From positions 43,669 through 107,668 of IMG/VR virus record IMGVR_UViG_3300014208_000033: a DNA stretch of 64,000 nt, one strand, 5' to 3'. The position numbers were made by a program, and so were the translations under genes. This DNA is from a virus. Positions 61,285-64,000 of this stretch are shown in pieces. The notes under the pieces were generated by a model. It did not search any database, was not told the origin of the DNA, and worked only from the letters and a program-made list of their open reading frames with translations. Each line of letters starts with the position of its first letter. The stretch's first letter is position 1.

Positions 61285-63555
61285 TAGATTTCCTTCCTGT
61301 TACGTTTGTGTTCTCACATGATGCAAAAAACCTCACTCATTTAAGAGTGAGGCTTAATTGCTAGTAACAAGTCTCGTTCAAAGCTCGCAGTACCTCTACT
61401 GCCGTCCCCAAATCCCAAACCTCAGTCAACTTCAGTTCCTTTCCATCGGGATCAATCGCAAAGATTGCATATCCCGAATCGATCTTCCTCGACTCGAACT
61501 TGCACTTGTAATGAGAGTCGTCCATTTCATTTCTCCTTTCAGTGAACATTGTAGAGATAAGTCTCGAACTTGTTAGGATAAAGTTCAGACTTGAAGTAGA
61601 CCTTAGCGTAGTAGTTGTTCTGAAACTTTCCTCCATTCGTCAGAACATTTATTCTGGATGAAACAAGATCCAGAATCTCACTTTCATCCCTTACGTTTAT
61701 GGTTTCGACAGCACCTTCATTTGAAATCGAGGTTCCGAAAGTTGAAACCTTTCGTGAATCAATGATCTTGACGATGAGCATGTGAAACTTCCTTCCTGTT
61801 ACGTTAGTGTTCTCACTAGATGCAAAAAACCCATTCCGAATATTCGGAATGGGTAATTTGTGTTCTAACCAAGCAAGTTCCAAATGTAGATAAACAACTT
61901 CACACTAAGAGCAATTCCAGCGATGAGAACAGGAATACCAACAACACAAATGATCAGTTCGATAAGAGTGTACCCATTACGATTCATTTCATCCTCCATT
62001 TTCTAAACCGATTTTAGACCGATTTTCCTACAGAAGATCCCGAACCATCTTACTGATTTCGCTCCGAATGTACTTCGGAACGTTACCGTAGAAAATCTCC
62101 ACGGCGTCAAGGTTAGCTCGAAACTTACTAACAAAACCCGTACCCTTGCGAATCTTTCCGCAAAGGATTGGATTACCGTTCCGGTCAGTATCGATAGAAC
62201 TAACTGCCACATTCCACGACGTGTCATTGTAATTCATTCTAGCTACTCCTTTAGGAATGACTCGACCAAGTGTTAGTAGACTCATCGAAGATCAAGCCGA
62301 TGGTAATGAAGCGTTTCATAAGAGTAGCAACACCAACGTCTTTTTGAACTTGATTTACTTCTAGGATGAAACTCTTCTTACAGAAATCAGGAAAGATGTT
62401 GACTACGGTAGCAATACCGTTTTGCATGTATCGTCGAATGAAAAGCGAAAGATAACGACCAAGCCCGTTTTTCTTGAACCAACAATGATTCTTCTTCGCC
62501 CATTGAACAACGTTATTCAGCCGATGTTCCTTATTCGGGTGTTCTTTGGTGAAATCCACAAAACCACCAGGAATTCTCATCTTAATACCTCCAAAATCAC
62601 GCTAACATTAGTCACATGATGCAAAAACCCCACCTAAATTAATAGGTGGGGTTAGATGTTTAGATCAAGAGTCCGGCATCGTTCAGTACATAGTACAGAT
62701 TAGCAAATAGCACCGAAAGATTAGCAGGTTGACTGTAATTTCCGAACATATCCTTTTGATATGCGCGGAAATGTGCATTGTCCTTATCAATCCAACTCTT
62801 TATGGTAAGAGTTTCGTCGTATTGCATTATCATTTCCAGCTTCAAAATCGGAGCACTGTCCTTTTCACCGCGATAACCATCGATGAAATCCCACGAAATT
62901 GGCGGGTCGTTTTCTATTGCCCAATCGATGATAGGAATCAGCATCAGTTTAATTCGATCCTTGAATTCTTCCGTTATCATCGCGTTTCCATTTTTTCCTC
63001 CAGTTTTAGTCCGATTTCGTTTTTAGTCCGATTTTCATGCCGATTTCCGCATGGTCACAAGTCTAAGCGAATAGGCTATCGTCACATAACTAAAGCTAAG
63101 TCATGTGACGATGTTAGCTAACTCTGGAGCCGCGCCACCATATCAGGTTAGGCACGACTACCATTAACATTGTCACATGATGCAAAAAACCCCTGCAAGC
63201 AATTAAGCTCGCAAGGGTTAAATGCTATGGTCGGTCGTGATAGTGAAACATTGCTTGTTCTGGAGAGTACCAATCAAACGGAGAATCGTATTGACTTTCG
63301 TTGACGAAGAAGAATTCAATCTTACCGTTGGAATTGTCGTGACGAACATATCCGAAAGTCTCAGTGTAGAAATAGATCGTCCAACCGTTTCCCAATTCAA
63401 CGTAGAATGCAGGAAGTGAAGGATAAGGACGATCAGGATCAATGTGAAGCTGATGGAAATGTAGCACAACACTCCAATCTTCCGAATTTTCGGAATTTGT
63501 GGCCGTCACCAAAATCAGCCGAAACCAATCGGCTGAAATTTCACAAGTCACGTCG

Positions 63556-63666
63556 AAATTTTCCAGGATTTTCCACAAAGTTACCGCCAGATTTACCCTA
63601 GAAATTACCCTCAGAATTACCTGGAGGCATTTACCAGGGTAATAGCACTCTAGCAGCATTACCCTT
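63556..63666 (+). repeat. Phased TTWCC/ATTACC repeats
   Basis: TTWCC at 63560, 63570, 63581, 63593, 63605, 63617, 63631, 63659. Confidence 0.55.
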
Positions 63667-63907
63667 TGCGTGTTTCAGAAGTCTAACGCAAAAGGTTTCA
63701 GCCTAGCGCCGTTCAACTAACCTGGAGCCGATTGAACTAGCACCAATTGGATTTAGACTGAATCCGTATTAAGTCTATCGGCATGGTGCTATTTCATGAC
63801 ATGAAAAAACCCCATAGATCAAATTTGATCTATGGGGTCGATTGACTATCAGTATCACGACCGATGATGCCGATGGTAGTAGTGTCCTGGAGCCGCAAGA
63901 GTCTAGC

Positions 63908-63970
63908 AGCCGAGCCGAGCCGAGCCGAGCCGTGCCGGGACGAGCCGAGCCGAGCCGAACCGAGCCGAAC
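63908..63970 (+). repeat. GC-rich 5-bp tandem repeat (GCCGA)n
   Basis: About 12 units of GCCGA with few variants. Confidence 0.9.
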
Positions 63971-64000
63971 TCCACTGAGGTGAGCTGAGCCCGTCTGACG

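Larger units (their letters stand above)
240..63495. repeat. Dispersed 16-bp palindrome TTMMGAAWWTTCKKAA (~24 copies)
   Basis: 17 exact and 7 one-mismatch copies read by eye; positions listed in findings. Confidence 0.9.
54371..63843 (-). repeat. 11 dispersed hairpin-TTTTTGCATC(AT/TA)GTGA intergenic elements
   Basis: Copies start near 54371, 58192, 59060, 59598, 60266, 60684, 61314, 61813, 62612, 63173 and 63794 (last one divergent). Confidence 0.9.

Noticed and set aside
58192-63224. Sigma54 promoter reading of the TTGCA in the cassette element
   Set aside because: In the copies checked there is no GG at the required GG-N10-GC spacing
54371-63843. CRISPR array or integron attC array
   Set aside because: Units are whole genes 0.4-3.8 kb apart, hairpin sequences vary, no RYYYAAC/GTTRRRY boxes, and no cas or integrase gene is in the window
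63775-63975. 66-aa ORF with ARLGS repeats
   Set aside because: Likely a translation artefact of the GCCGA tandem repeat; it runs through a cassette hairpin

Overview
A 64-kb segment of a large, AT-rich dsDNA bacteriophage. No capsid, portal or large terminase genes and no integrase are visible in the window. From left to right it contains: (1) the + strand end of a late/lysis module (tail-fibre-like C-terminus, holin-like genes, metallophosphoesterase, M15 endolysin); (2) a bidirectional terminator; (3) a long - strand arm with a sugar/base-modification cluster (5 glycosyltransferases, methyltransferase, radical SAM, a PurA-like ligase with a rewritten substrate loop), tRNAs, and a full replication/recombination set (primase, ThyX, split SbcC, SbcD, DnaB, RecA, SSB, PolB, sigma-like factor, SNF2 helicase, intein-containing class II RNR); (4) a ~1.1-kb structured non-coding region transcribed divergently from a two-gene + strand island; (5) an early-type region of small genes separated by a repeated hairpin-TTTTTGCATC(AT/TA)GTGA element. 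The most unusual signals are: a 16-bp palindrome TTMMGAAWWTTCKKAA found about 24 times, mostly inside genes; two ~190-nt tRNA-linked RNAs with the same multi-branch fold but different sequence; the ~1.1-kb structured RNA candidate; the PurA-like/glycosyltransferase cluster with a PolB carrying altered dNTP-pocket motifs; the 11-copy cassette element; and a group I intron-containing tRNA-Leu next to a free-standing HNH gene and an orphan tRNA half. All protein calls come from motif recognition by eye; no database searches were run.
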